A DNA stretch of 64,000 nt from Pirellulales bacterium (GCA_019694455.1 JAIBBY010000003.1:597-64596), one strand, 5' to 3'. Shown: positions 17,728-26,580, counted from the stretch's first letter. The notes: a model not told the origin generated them from the letters alone. Numbers and translations: made by a program.

Positions 17728-17826
17728 ATTGCGCATTCTGCGCCCTCATCACTGCCCGGCAGTGAGCCTACCGTGTAACCATGCGACCGCACTACGCGGG
17801 CGCGAACACTACACGGAGGCCATATC

Positions 17827-18048
17827 ATGCACGTCAACATCGCTCGCCCTGTCGCGCCACCCGTCGCCAAACTGCTGCTCACTGCGAAGGAGACAGCGGC
17901 GACTCTCGGCGTGTCGACCAAGACGCTGTATCTATGGGACCGCGACGGCACGCTGCCGGCGATCCACATCGCGGCCCGGTGCGTGCGGTACTCGCCTGCC
18001 GACCTGGCGCGCTTCATCGAAGGCAAGCGCAAGCCGCAGTCGGTCTAG
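17827..18048 (+). CDS. Excisionase/AlpA-type helix-turn-helix DNA-binding protein
   Basis: 73 aa. 'LLLTAKETAATLGVSTKTLYLWDRDGTLPAIHIAARCVRYSPADLARFI'. Confidence 0.75.
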   Translation: MHVNIARPVAPPVAKLLLTAKETAATLGVSTKTLYLWDRDGTLPAIHIAARCVRYSPADLARFIEGKRKPQSV

Positions 18049-18127
18049 ATCATCACTTTCTTCCCAACGAAAAAAGCCCGGCTGACCGCTGACGACGGCG
18101 CCGGGCAAAACCAAGGAGACGTTTTAC

Positions 18128-18658
18128 ATGGACGAGCGCAAATCTTTTCGTGACATTCTAAACGGACAAAATCAGCATGACGACATCGACGCGATATGGG
18201 ACAGCGCGGAAGCGACCCCCGATTACGCGCCGCTGCCCAAGGGGGAGTATGTCGCCCGTGTCGAGCATGGCGGAATCCATGTCGCCCGCAGCGGAACCAA
18301 GGGCTACAAGGTGACGTTCGTTGTCGTCGAGGGCGAGCACGCGGGGCGCAAACTGTGGCGCGATCACTGGCTGACTCGCGGCACGAAAGATCGCACCAAA
18401 GGCGAGCTAAACAAGTTGGGCATCATCACGGCGGCGCATCTCCGTCGCTCGCCACCCAAGGGCATCATCTGTCGGTTGCGGGTAGTGCTGCATCGCACTG
18501 ACGACGGCGCCGAATTCAACGAGGTGAAATCCTGCGAGGTGCTGCGGATCGAGACGCCGGCGCCCGACCCGTTCGCGCCGCCGGCTGAGTTACCGGCTGA
18601 CACGCCAGTCGAGACGCCAGATAGCGCGCAAGGCGACGCGCAGGAGGGCGAAGCATGA
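18128..18658 (+). CDS. DUF669-like phage protein
   Basis: 176 aa. 'PKGEYVARVEHGGIHVARSGTKGYKVTFVVVEGEHAGRKLW' matches the DUF669 pattern as I remember it. Confidence 0.6.
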   Translation: MDERKSFRDILNGQNQHDDIDAIWDSAEATPDYAPLPKGEYVARVEHGGIHVARSGTKGYKVTFVVVEGEHAGRKLWRDHWLTRGTKDRTKGELNKLGIITAAHLRRSPPKGIICRLRVVLHRTDDGAEFNEVKSCEVLRIETPAPDPFAPPAELPADTPVETPDSAQGDAQEGEA

Positions 18659-19620
18659 ACGCGGCGCCCTACGGCTTTCGGATCGTAGGGACGTGCCATG
18701 AGACGCGGCGACTGGTTACGGCCAGCGCCGCCCTCACGGCCTATGCCGCCTGCGATGAGCGCGCCCAAGTCGAGCGCGAAAGCTATCTCTCGGCGTTTCA
18801 GTACGGCGCCGAGTTTCGCCAGCATCTTGAAGCGACTGGCGCCACCAAGAATTATCGCGGCCCGTGCTGGGCGCCGTGGTTGTGGTTCGACATCGACCGC
18901 GAAGGGGACATCGAAGGCGCTCGCCGAGACGCGGCCCGGTTGTGTCTGACGCTGATCGAGCGCTTCGGTGTGTCCGACGATGCCTTGCCGATTTTCCTGT
19001 CGGGCGGCAAGGGGTTTCATGTCGGCCTGCCAACGTCACTATGGCGGCCTGAGCCAAGCGACCTATTCGACAAGCACGCGAAGCAACTGGCCGAGACATT
19101 AGCGGCATCGGCGCAAGTGCGCATCGACCGTGGAGTCTATGACAAAGTACGCGCGTTTCGAGCGCCGAACAGCCGGCATCCCAAGTCCGGCTTGCACAAG
19201 CGGCTGCTGGCGCTCGATCAACTGACGCACTGGAAAGCCGAAGCCATCGCGGAATTGGCCAAGGCGCCGGCACCGTTTGACTGGCCCGAACCGCCCGCGA
19301 TATGCGAGCGCGCAAAACTCGACTGGCGGGAGGCGGTCGCGGCGGTCAACGATCATCAGGCGGCCCATGCCGAGCGACGGCAGCACGGCGCGCCGGCCGC
19401 GCTCAACCGCTCGACCCTGGCGTTTATCCGTGATGGCGCAGACACGGGGGACCGGCATCGACTGCTATTCAGCGCGGCAGCAAATCTCGCCGAGTTCAAC
19501 TGCCCTAGTGAACTGGCTCACGCGCTACTTACGGAAGCCGGACTCGATAGCGGACTGCCGCCTAAGGAGGTGCGACGGCAAATCGATTGTGGCCTAAATC
19601 ACAAGGGAGACGCGCCATGA
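18655..19620 (+). CDS. Archaeo-eukaryotic-type (AEP) DNA primase/polymerase
   Basis: AEP motifs are present: 'WFDIDRE' (DxD), 'GGKGFHVG' (sxH) and 'VYDKVRAFRAPNSRHPKSG'. Confidence 0.75.
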   Translation: MNAAPYGFRIVGTCHETRRLVTASAALTAYAACDERAQVERESYLSAFQYGAEFRQHLEATGATKNYRGPCWAPWLWFDIDREGDIEGARRDAARLCLTLIERFGVSDDALPIFLSGGKGFHVGLPTSLWRPEPSDLFDKHAKQLAETLAASAQVRIDRGVYDKVRAFRAPNSRHPKSGLHKRLLALDQLTHWKAEAIAELAKAPAPFDWPEPPAICERAKLDWREAVAAVNDHQAAHAERRQHGAPAALNRSTLAFIRDGADTGDRHRLLFSAAANLAEFNCPSELAHALLTEAGLDSGLPPKEVRRQIDCGLNHKGDAP

Positions 19621-20558
19621 GTGATGCCAGTTATCGGACAGCCGCAGACATCTTCGGCGGTTGGCGAGAAGGTTTGTTGACCGGAACCAAGCCGATCTTG
19701 TACCCCATCGGTACAGGTGAACTAGCTCGCATCGAAATAGGCCCTGGATTGGTGACGTTGATCGGCGGCGCGCCGGGCGCCGGCAAGACCGCGTTTACTA
19801 TGCAATGCGTGGTTGATGCCTTGCGACTCACGCCTGAGTTGCGGGCGCTAGTTTGCAACGTCGAAATGTCGCCCGCGCTCTTGCTCGACCGGCAGCTATC
19901 GCGGCTGTCGGGCATCGACCTGGCTACGATTCGACAACGCGAATTTGTCGCCGAGCACGCCGAGCGGCTAGACGCGGCGATGGATGAGCTAGGCGCCATC
20001 GGCGAGCGATTGGCGTTTGTCCGCCCCCCGTACGCGCTCGACAACATCGCGCTGGCAATGGAAGCGACCGGCGCGCAGTTACTAGTGCTCGACTACATCC
20101 AGCGCATCGCGCCCCCTGGCGAGCATGGGGACCGTCGCGGCGCGGTCGATGCGTCGATGGGCTTCTTGCGGCAATTCGCCGAGAACCATACCGCCGTGAT
20201 GATCGTTGCGGCGGTCGCCCGCCAAAAAGACAGCAAGGGAAGATCGAGCTATGCGGCGGACGGCCTGAGTCTGGCATCGTTTCGAGAATCTTCGGAACTG
20301 GAATTTGGCGCTGACGACGCCTTCATTTTGGCGCCGGACCCCAAAGAGCACGGCAAGGTGCTGCTCAAGCATTTGAAAGCGCGGAACAGCGAACCGCGAG
20401 ATATCACGCTGACATTCGACCGCTGTTGTCAGCGATTCGAGACGACAGGCGGCTTTGAGCCGTGGGAACCGACCCCCCCCGGCAAGCTGCAAACCGCGCT
20501 GGCGGAGGCATGGAACGCCACGGCGCCCGCTGCTGACAACATGGAGGATGAACAATGA
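19617..20558 (+). CDS. DnaB/RepA-like replicative ATPase (RecA-fold helicase domain)
   Basis: Walker A 'GGAPGAGKTAF' and Walker B 'LLVLDYIQ'. The start overlaps the primase stop as ATGA. Confidence 0.75.
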   Translation: MSDASYRTAADIFGGWREGLLTGTKPILYPIGTGELARIEIGPGLVTLIGGAPGAGKTAFTMQCVVDALRLTPELRALVCNVEMSPALLLDRQLSRLSGIDLATIRQREFVAEHAERLDAAMDELGAIGERLAFVRPPYALDNIALAMEATGAQLLVLDYIQRIAPPGEHGDRRGAVDASMGFLRQFAENHTAVMIVAAVARQKDSKGRSSYAADGLSLASFRESSELEFGADDAFILAPDPKEHGKVLLKHLKARNSEPRDITLTFDRCCQRFETTGGFEPWEPTPPGKLQTALAEAWNATAPAADNMEDEQ

Positions 20559-20968
20559 GCCGATGGAAGCTGACTGGCTGCGAAGTGCTGCCGAAAATGC
20601 ACGCCATGCGATCGAAGCCGCCCGCCAATGGGCACAGCAACCCCGTAGTGAACGGCGCGAGCGGCAAGCCGACTGACCGCCACTATGGACGATTCCAAAC
20701 GCTGAATCACTTCGTCGATTTTACGATGAGCAAGTTGTCGCGCGCCGAGGTGGCCGTTTGGATGATCTTGTTCCGCGACACGAAGAAAGATGGAACCGCC
20801 CGCGTGGCGCAAGCCGACATGGCCCGCCGCGCTGGCGCCGATGACCGCACAATGCGCCGCGCACTGCGGCGGTTGATCGGATTGCGGCTGGTGAGCGTGG
20901 TCCGCCAAGGCGGCTTGGGTCGCGGTCCATCGACCTATCGAGTGAACACTAACCCCCCCAGTTGGTAG
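20555..20968 (+). CDS. Winged-helix/HTH protein (candidate replication initiator or regulator)
   Basis: 137 aa. The start overlaps the helicase stop as ATGA. 'AQADMARRAGADDRTMRRALRRLIGLRLVSVV' is wHTH-like. Confidence 0.5.
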   Translation: MSRWKLTGCEVLPKMHAMRSKPPANGHSNPVVNGASGKPTDRHYGRFQTLNHFVDFTMSKLSRAEVAVWMILFRDTKKDGTARVAQADMARRAGADDRTMRRALRRLIGLRLVSVVRQGGLGRGPSTYRVNTNPPSW

Positions 20969-21080
20969 CGGACATTGGTGTCCAAAGTAGGCGGACATTT
21001 TGCGCCTTTTCTCGCGGACACCCATGTCCTATGTCCCATACAGGGACCATAAGTGCGTCCGCCCTTTAGTGGGGCGGACA
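20968..21080 (+). repeat. GCGGACA iteron cluster (candidate island ori)
   Basis: GCGGACA occurs at 20968, 20991, 21014 and 21074; the first three are 23 nt apart. Inverted TGTCC copies are also present, and an inverted near-copy 'gcgtccgcc' lies at about 21054-21063. Confidence 0.55.
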
Positions 21081-21106
21081 CAGAAACAGAAAGGAAGCGC
21101 GTCATC

Positions 21107-21571
21107 ATGGCCGACAGCATCCAAGATCAACTAGCCCGGTTGTGGGCTGCCAGCATGCCGCCAGTTCCCTTGCCGCCAGTTGCCAAGCCGGTGACAAAGC
21201 CGAAGGGGTCTGCGGAGTCTACGCCGAACCCTTCGCGTTTTTGCTCGCCAACGGAAGCGACTGCGGCGCCACCTGCGCCGGCGCGGACATTCGCTTCGGT
21301 GGGGCTGCCTCATCGCTGCCGCTGTGCAATCGGCGACTGGCAAGATCGACCTGCCGACAATCGGCCTGGCTGGTTGCGGACTGATTGCCGCTGCTGCGGT
21401 CGCTTCATTGGCTACCGACCGACGAAGTTGACGGCCCTGTCGGTCGAGTTTGAAGAGCGCGCGGCGATTCGGGAATTTGACGGCCAGTTGCCCCGAGACG
21501 ACGCGGAACGGTTCGCGTGGTTTGAAACTGGCCCTCATCCGCTGGATTCGACGCCACAGAATCGCGTCTAA
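21107..21571 (+). CDS. Hypothetical Cys-rich protein
   Basis: Contains 'CRCAIGDWQDRPADNRPGWLRTDCRCCGRF', which is zinc-ribbon-like. The ORF may start earlier, at 21053. Confidence 0.4.
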   Translation: MADSIQDQLARLWAASMPPVPLPPVAKPVTKPKGSAESTPNPSRFCSPTEATAAPPAPARTFASVGLPHRCRCAIGDWQDRPADNRPGWLRTDCRCCGRFIGYRPTKLTALSVEFEERAAIREFDGQLPRDDAERFAWFETGPHPLDSTPQNRV

Positions 21572-21706
21572 CGCGATATCTCGACCGTCATCGACCAATG
21601 TATCGACCGACTGAGCCGGCCCTTAGAACGCAAATACGGTTTCCGCTTATTTCCGAACCGCATTACGATGCGAGTTCCACGCAACGAGAAGGAGGAGATT
21701 TTCGAC

Positions 21707-23050
21707 ATGGCCAGCATATCGAAGGACAAGAGCGGTGGCGGGTTCCGCATCCAATTTATGATCGGCGGCGAGCGGCGGGCCATTCGCTTAGGTAAGTGCG
21801 CCAAGGCGGACGCGCGACACGTGGCGGACCACGTGCAAGCCCTGGCCACGGCGAAGCTGTACGGCACGCCCCTGGCCCAGCAAACGGCATCGTGGTTGAC
21901 GGCGATTCACCCCCAGTTGCAAGAGAAGTTGGTTCGCGCGGGATTGATCGAGGCGGAGACTCCGCAAGCCACGGTGACGCTAGGCGAGTTCATGGCCGAC
22001 TACATCGCCAGTCGATGCGACGTGAAGCCCGCGACAAAGGAAATCTGGCGACAAGGTGAAATGGGGCTGGTGACATTCTTCGGGGCGAACAAGCCGTTAG
22101 GGAAAATCTCGCCGGGCGATGCGGACCAATACAAGTTGCACTTGATCGGGAAGCAGCTCGCCCCGATGACAGTGCGGAAGCGGTTGCAATTCGCCAAGAT
22201 GATTTTCCGCGCGGCGGTGCGGCGCCGGTTAATCACGGAAAGCCCATTCGCTGATGTTTCCATCAAGGCGTCGGCGCCCAACCGCTGGCACTTCATCAGC
22301 CAAGAGGATACAGCCAAGCTGCTGGCGGCCTGCTCAAACATCCATTGGCGCGTGATTGTGACGTTGGCCCGCTATGGCGGCCTGCGCTGCGCTAGCGAAG
22401 TGCTGAGTCTGCGGTGGCAAGATATCAACTGGTCGGAAAATCGAATCATGGTGCAATCACCCAAGACGGAACATCACCCCGGCAAAGAGCAGCGCGTCAT
22501 TCCCCTGTTTCCCGAGCTACTGCCGGTGCTGCTGGAAGCGGCTGAGTTAGCTCCCGAGGGCGCCGTCTACGTGGTCGATGAGAAGATGCGGAAGGCGGCC
22601 CTTGGTCCTAGCGGCTGGAAGAATTGCAATTTGAGTACCACATTCAAGAAGATCATCGCCCGCGCTGGCTTGACCCCCTGGAAGCGACCGTTTCACAACC
22701 TGCGAAGTTCTCGACAAACAGAGTTGGCCGAGCGGTTCCCGTCGCACGTCGTTTGCGACTGGCTGGGCAACAGCGAAGACATTGCGCGGAAGCACTATTT
22801 GCAGGTGACCGACCAGCACTTCGCGGACGCCATTGGCACGCCCAAAAAGGTGGCTCAAAACCCGGCGCAGTCGGTGCCGGAAAGTGGCGAAAATGAGACG
22901 AAACCAAACAGGGGGGTGCCCCTAAATGCGCCGCTTTTGCCCCCTATTTCTTGTCGTAACTCCTTACTACGTAAGGACTTAGCGGATGGGGAGGGATTCG
23001 AACCCCCGGTGGGCTTGCGCCCACTGCAGTTTTCAAGACTGCCGCCTTAG
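21707..23050 (+). CDS. Tyrosine-type site-specific integrase
   Basis: Contains 'ARYGGLRCASEVLSLRW', 'HNLRSSRQTE' and the catalytic Tyr context 'ARKHY'. The 3' end runs 68 nt into the oppositely oriented tRNA-Ser gene. Confidence 0.9.
   Translation: MASISKDKSGGGFRIQFMIGGERRAIRLGKCAKADARHVADHVQALATAKLYGTPLAQQTASWLTAIHPQLQEKLVRAGLIEAETPQATVTLGEFMADYIASRCDVKPATKEIWRQGEMGLVTFFGANKPLGKISPGDADQYKLHLIGKQLAPMTVRKRLQFAKMIFRAAVRRRLITESPFADVSIKASAPNRWHFISQEDTAKLLAACSNIHWRVIVTLARYGGLRCASEVLSLRWQDINWSENRIMVQSPKTEHHPGKEQRVIPLFPELLPVLLEAAELAPEGAVYVVDEKMRKAALGPSGWKNCNLSTTFKKIIARAGLTPWKRPFHNLRSSRQTELAERFPSHVVCDWLGNSEDIARKHYLQVTDQHFADAIGTPKKVAQNPAQSVPESGENETKPNRGVPLNAPLLPPISCRNSLLRKDLADGEGFEPPVGLRPLQFSRLPP
22983..23001. 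repeat. Proximal att direct repeat (3' 19 nt of tRNA-Ser)
   Basis: Identical to 15499..15517. Confidence 0.85.
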
Positions 23051-23069
23051 ACCACTCGGCCACCCATCC
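22983..23069 (-). tRNA. tRNA-Ser (anticodon UGA), CCA not encoded
   Basis: Manual cloverleaf. Acceptor GGATGGG/CCCATCC with discriminator G. Anticodon stem GCAGT/ACTGC with loop CTTGAAA. Long variable arm GTGGGC-GCAA-GCCCAC. T-loop TTCGAAT. Confidence 0.9.
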
Positions 23070-23398
23070 CGGTCCTCAACTCGACGTCCACGCGAATTTG
23101 CAAGTTACTTCGCAAACTACGCCCTCGGATCATCAGGGGCAGGTTGTATATTCCCAAGACATTTTTTGATGGAATGTCTGCTAGCCCACGCCATTTGCAG
23201 ACAGCATCAATCCACTCGGCGTCGAATCAGTAGAGGATTATAGCTCACAGGCAAGTGGTCGAGGACTCCGGCTTGGGCATCGCGATTCGCTAATCACGCT
23301 GCGGAACCCGGTTGACGGCCAGCGGCCGGCCTGTTACGAAAAGGGGCTCAAATCGGCCAGTCGAAGCACGCGAACCACCAAAATTAGAGGTCTGCGCC

Positions 23399-23587
23399 AT
23401 GAGCGGAATCAGCGACCGGATGCAGGAAATCAAGCGCCGTCGTCATCGCCGTCAAAAGCTCAAGAAGCTCGCCGGCCGCCTCAAGAAGGCCACCGCCTCC
23501 GAAAAGCTAATAATTGCCGAAAAGGTGCGCCGCCTTACACCGGGCGCCGAAATCGTGCTCGAGCGCTGGGGACTGGTCAAGAAGTAG
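23399..23587 (+). CDS. Small basic hypothetical protein (62 aa)
   Basis: ATG-initiated 'MSGISDRMQEIKRRRHRRQKLKK...'. No motif recognised. Confidence 0.5.
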   Translation: MSGISDRMQEIKRRRHRRQKLKKLAGRLKKATASEKLIIAEKVRRLTPGAEIVLERWGLVKK

Positions 23588-23608
23588 CGAGTCCGTGACA
23601 GCCACCGA

Positions 23609-25558
23609 CTACTGTCGGTCTTCGCGGGCGATATACAGCACGCGCTGCGGCGTCTCGGGGGGCAGCCCTTTCTCTGCCACGCTCAAGTAACCCATCCGCG
23701 CCAAGCCGCGCGCGGGGTCTTTCAGTTCGGCCAATCTGGCCTCGACCGTCTGAACCAAGCCGGGCGCAGCACGATGCCGCGCGGCGCCGCTCTTGGCCAG
23801 ATCGTTCCAGAGCCGGTTGAGGCTTTCAATCATCGCCTCAGTCACCTCCTCATCGGTAGCGACATGTCCTAAGTTGTCGCTCACGCACGCTCGTGCGGCG
23901 TCTCTCCAGCCAAGAACCGCCAACCGTGCGAGCGGGTCGATCCAATCGGCGTCCGCGAACAGCAGGTTTAAGTACGCGATGGTTCGCTCCGTAGAGGCGC
24001 CAGTTGTTGGAAAACGCCGAATGAACACCAGGACCGGCGGGCGCAGCGCGTCGTCGTAGACCAAGGTGTCGTTGGCCGTTGGCAGGTCGAGATTGAAGGC
24101 CGGAAAACGCCGTTCCCCCAACTGACTATGGACGCGAACGACCAATAACTCTGAGGGTTGATCGAGGACGACTCTCTCCAAATTCGCATCATCGGCAGCG
24201 AAATGAAAGTCGCTCGATCCGGCCAGGAGCGAACGACTCACGAACCCTAACTCTGGAAGCACGAGCAAATGATTGAATTGCTCGGTAGATACGAGCGCCA
24301 TGAGCGGCGCTGTTCGCTCGATCGCGCGCGCGGCGGCAATGTTCGATTGATGATCGACTAGGTACTCACGGCTGCGCTCCAAGACGCCCACGCCGCGCGC
24401 GGATTGCACATTCAACCGCGGGAGAAGGCGACCGTCGTAATTCGCGATTCCCCAGACAATGGCGATAACCGGCACGACCCACAGGCGCCGATAACCGGCT
24501 TGTTGCAGCGACGTCGCGGCAACCAAAAACAACAGGGGGACCGTGATCGTCAGGTAGCGGCACTCAAAAAACACGGGCAGCACCAGCGCCGTGTTGATCG
24601 CAATCATCAGCCAACCGAGGCCGAGGATAGGCGCCTTGTCGCTCCATCGCTGAAAAACTAGCTTGAGCCTTTGACTAAAGCTCGCCGCGGCGCCAACTGT
24701 CGCCGAATAGTCGTTCGCCAAAGCAAGCAAGGTGGCGGCTATTGCGAAGACCAACAAGGCAAGCCAATCAGGCGCCGAGCAGATCCACAGCCACAAGTCT
24801 CCCTCGCGCGGCCAATGCATGCGCGTGCTGGCATTGCCCCCCAGCACAACGACCGACATCAGGCACGCGGCCAGCGCAAGATGGATCACCGCCGCCCGCG
24901 CCACACGGCGCCGGCGATCAGCCGGTCGGACCAAGCCCCACACGAGCAGCAGCAGTAAATACCATCCCACGGCAAGACTGAGCAGAAACGCCGAATTCTT
25001 TAGGAAGAACGCGGCGACCGTGCAAACCGCGGCGGCGCCGTAGCGCTCGCGCGTCGCCAGCAAAACGCCAATGGCGACGCACGCCAATGCTGGCATATCG
25101 AGTCCGATCATGTCGATCTGCACGCTGAACAGCGGGGTGAGAGCCGTTGCCAGGCAGATCAACGTCGCCATCCCTGGAGACAATTGATCGCGGGCCATGA
25201 TCCAAACGGCCGTCAACGCCACCGCAGCACAGCCAAAAACGAACAGGCGGTAGAGCACAATCGCCGCGGTTATCGACGCGGCGTATTGTTGCAAGATGCC
25301 GACGACGCCCGGCAAGATCGTGGTGAGGTATGCCCTGGGGCCTCCTTTGTCTCCGTGCAGATCATTGGCCAGCGCGCGATAGTCAAAATCATGCTGCGCC
25401 AGATAAGCGGCCTCGGTCCAAAGACCATACGCCTGCTCGACGTAAGGCGGCGAGGAGAGCATCGACCAGCGCGCGATCAAGATCAGCGCGAAAGTCAGCG
25501 CCCAAACGGCCAGCCACTGCGCGCGCCTCTCATTCAAGCAAGTCGCTCCGGCCGTCAT
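23609..25558 (-). CDS. Polytopic membrane protein, GT-C-like (ArnT/PMT-style) putative glycosyltransferase
   Basis: 649 aa. About 10 or more hydrophobic helices in the first ~400 aa, followed by a soluble C-terminal domain. The functional assignment is tentative. Confidence 0.6.
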   Translation of the reverse strand: MTAGATCLNERRAQWLAVWALTFALILIARWSMLSSPPYVEQAYGLWTEAAYLAQHDFDYRALANDLHGDKGGPRAYLTTILPGVVGILQQYAASITAAIVLYRLFVFGCAAVALTAVWIMARDQLSPGMATLICLATALTPLFSVQIDMIGLDMPALACVAIGVLLATRERYGAAAVCTVAAFFLKNSAFLLSLAVGWYLLLLLVWGLVRPADRRRRVARAAVIHLALAACLMSVVVLGGNASTRMHWPREGDLWLWICSAPDWLALLVFAIAATLLALANDYSATVGAAASFSQRLKLVFQRWSDKAPILGLGWLMIAINTALVLPVFFECRYLTITVPLLFLVAATSLQQAGYRRLWVVPVIAIVWGIANYDGRLLPRLNVQSARGVGVLERSREYLVDHQSNIAAARAIERTAPLMALVSTEQFNHLLVLPELGFVSRSLLAGSSDFHFAADDANLERVVLDQPSELLVVRVHSQLGERRFPAFNLDLPTANDTLVYDDALRPPVLVFIRRFPTTGASTERTIAYLNLLFADADWIDPLARLAVLGWRDAARACVSDNLGHVATDEEVTEAMIESLNRLWNDLAKSGAARHRAAPGLVQTVEARLAELKDPARGLARMGYLSVAEKGLPPETPQRVLYIAREDRQ

Positions 25559-25900
25559 GGAATGGATACGGAACGCCGCAAGTCCATCCGGGCCGGCACA
25601 TCGACCGGGAACGACCCAGATGAAACTTCGCTAGCAGTTGCCGGCCAAGGCTGAAGCGGATGCCGCAGCGCGGTTGATCGAAGAGCTGGCATGAAACTCG
25701 CGAATGCTTGCGCCGCAAGCGATGCTTAAGATAGCGCATGCTCCGCAATGAACCACCACGGATCACCCACAATCGGCGGAGCAGGCGTTGATGATTCGAT
25801 GATAAACCGCCACCCGGCCCCACGCTATCGCGCGCGTCGTCCACAGGCCATCCGGCGCCTGATTCGGTGACAAAAAGACGCCTTCGCGGGTGCCGGCGCA

Positions 25901-25938
25901 TAAAAAACAGCCTGCCGCCGGATCAATCTCCGGCGTCA
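25901..25938 (-). terminator. Candidate intrinsic terminator of the 25998..26249 gene
   Basis: On the minus strand, a CGCCGGA/TCCGGCG stem (25916-25935) is followed by GCAGGCUGUUUUUUA. Confidence 0.4.
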
Positions 25939-25997
25939 AGCTGCAGCGAGTGTTGGCAAACGACTTTCGGTGAGCTTCTGGAGCGGCCGCGGCGCCG

Positions 25998-26249
25998 TTA
26001 GGCGGGGCGGCGATAATGCTGGTAGGCCAGGATCACTTCGTAAAGATCGGTCGAGATGGTGATCTCGTCTTCCATGAAGTCGGCCAACCAGGCGCGTTGA
26101 TGCCGTGCGGCGTCGACGAGCATCGGCAGCACATCGCTCAATTGCAAGGTGGCCGTGGAGGGATTCGCCTTCGATCCGGCGGCGGCTGGAGCGCTCGTTT
26201 CCGGACCATAGTAAACACGCAATTGGCTTCTTGCCATGAGTGGACGCAT
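25998..26249 (-). CDS. Small hypothetical protein (83 aa)
   Basis: ORF with normal composition. A terminator-like hairpin lies downstream. Confidence 0.5.
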   Translation of the reverse strand: MRPLMARSQLRVYYGPETSAPAAAGSKANPSTATLQLSDVLPMLVDAARHQRAWLADFMEDEITISTDLYEVILAYQHYRRPA

Positions 26250-26477
26250 CCTTACGTCGAGGAACCTTAATGCCCGCCGCCGGGCGGCAAGCGTACTTCC
26301 CCCTCGCGCACTTGTTATCGACCGGCAGGGTCGTGCGGGTTTGATCTATTTGTCACGGCATGCCGTTTTTTCGCAGAGTCGGCGGCTTGCCAATTGATCT
26401 TGACTCAGCGCAGTTTGCCAATTGTGGGACCGCGAGCTGAACGACGTCGGATCGACCGCCGCGATAGTCCGCGCAGC

Positions 26478-26506
26478 TTGACACCCTCCCGACAACCCCC
26501 TAGATT
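26478..26506 (+). promoter_or_regulatory. Candidate sigma-70 promoter for tex
   Basis: TTGACA (26478-26483), a 17-nt spacer, then TAGATT (26501-26506). It lies about 75 nt upstream of the tex ATG. Confidence 0.4.
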
Positions 26507-26580
26507 GCGAAACGGTTAATCCCCAACGAGACGTTCTCATTGGCTCGTTGGTCCACCGTCCCACTCGGCTCGTCCGACAT

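Larger units (their letters stand above)
15499..23001 (+). mobile_element. Integrated 7.5-kb element at tRNA-Ser(UGA); satellite/PICI-like integrative replicative island
   Basis: It is flanked by 19-bp exact direct repeats, and a tyrosine integrase sits next to the tRNA. All of its genes are co-oriented. It has a replication module and a small terminase but no virion genes. Confidence 0.8.

Noticed and set aside
25530-25901. A 123-aa minus-strand ORF in the gap between the 83-aa gene and the GT-C-like membrane protein.
   Set aside because: Its start codon sits in the U-tract of the upstream terminator-like hairpin. It is extremely Arg-rich and overlaps the start of the next gene by 29 nt. 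I treat it as an untranslated leader, though the 440-nt gap itself remains unexplained.
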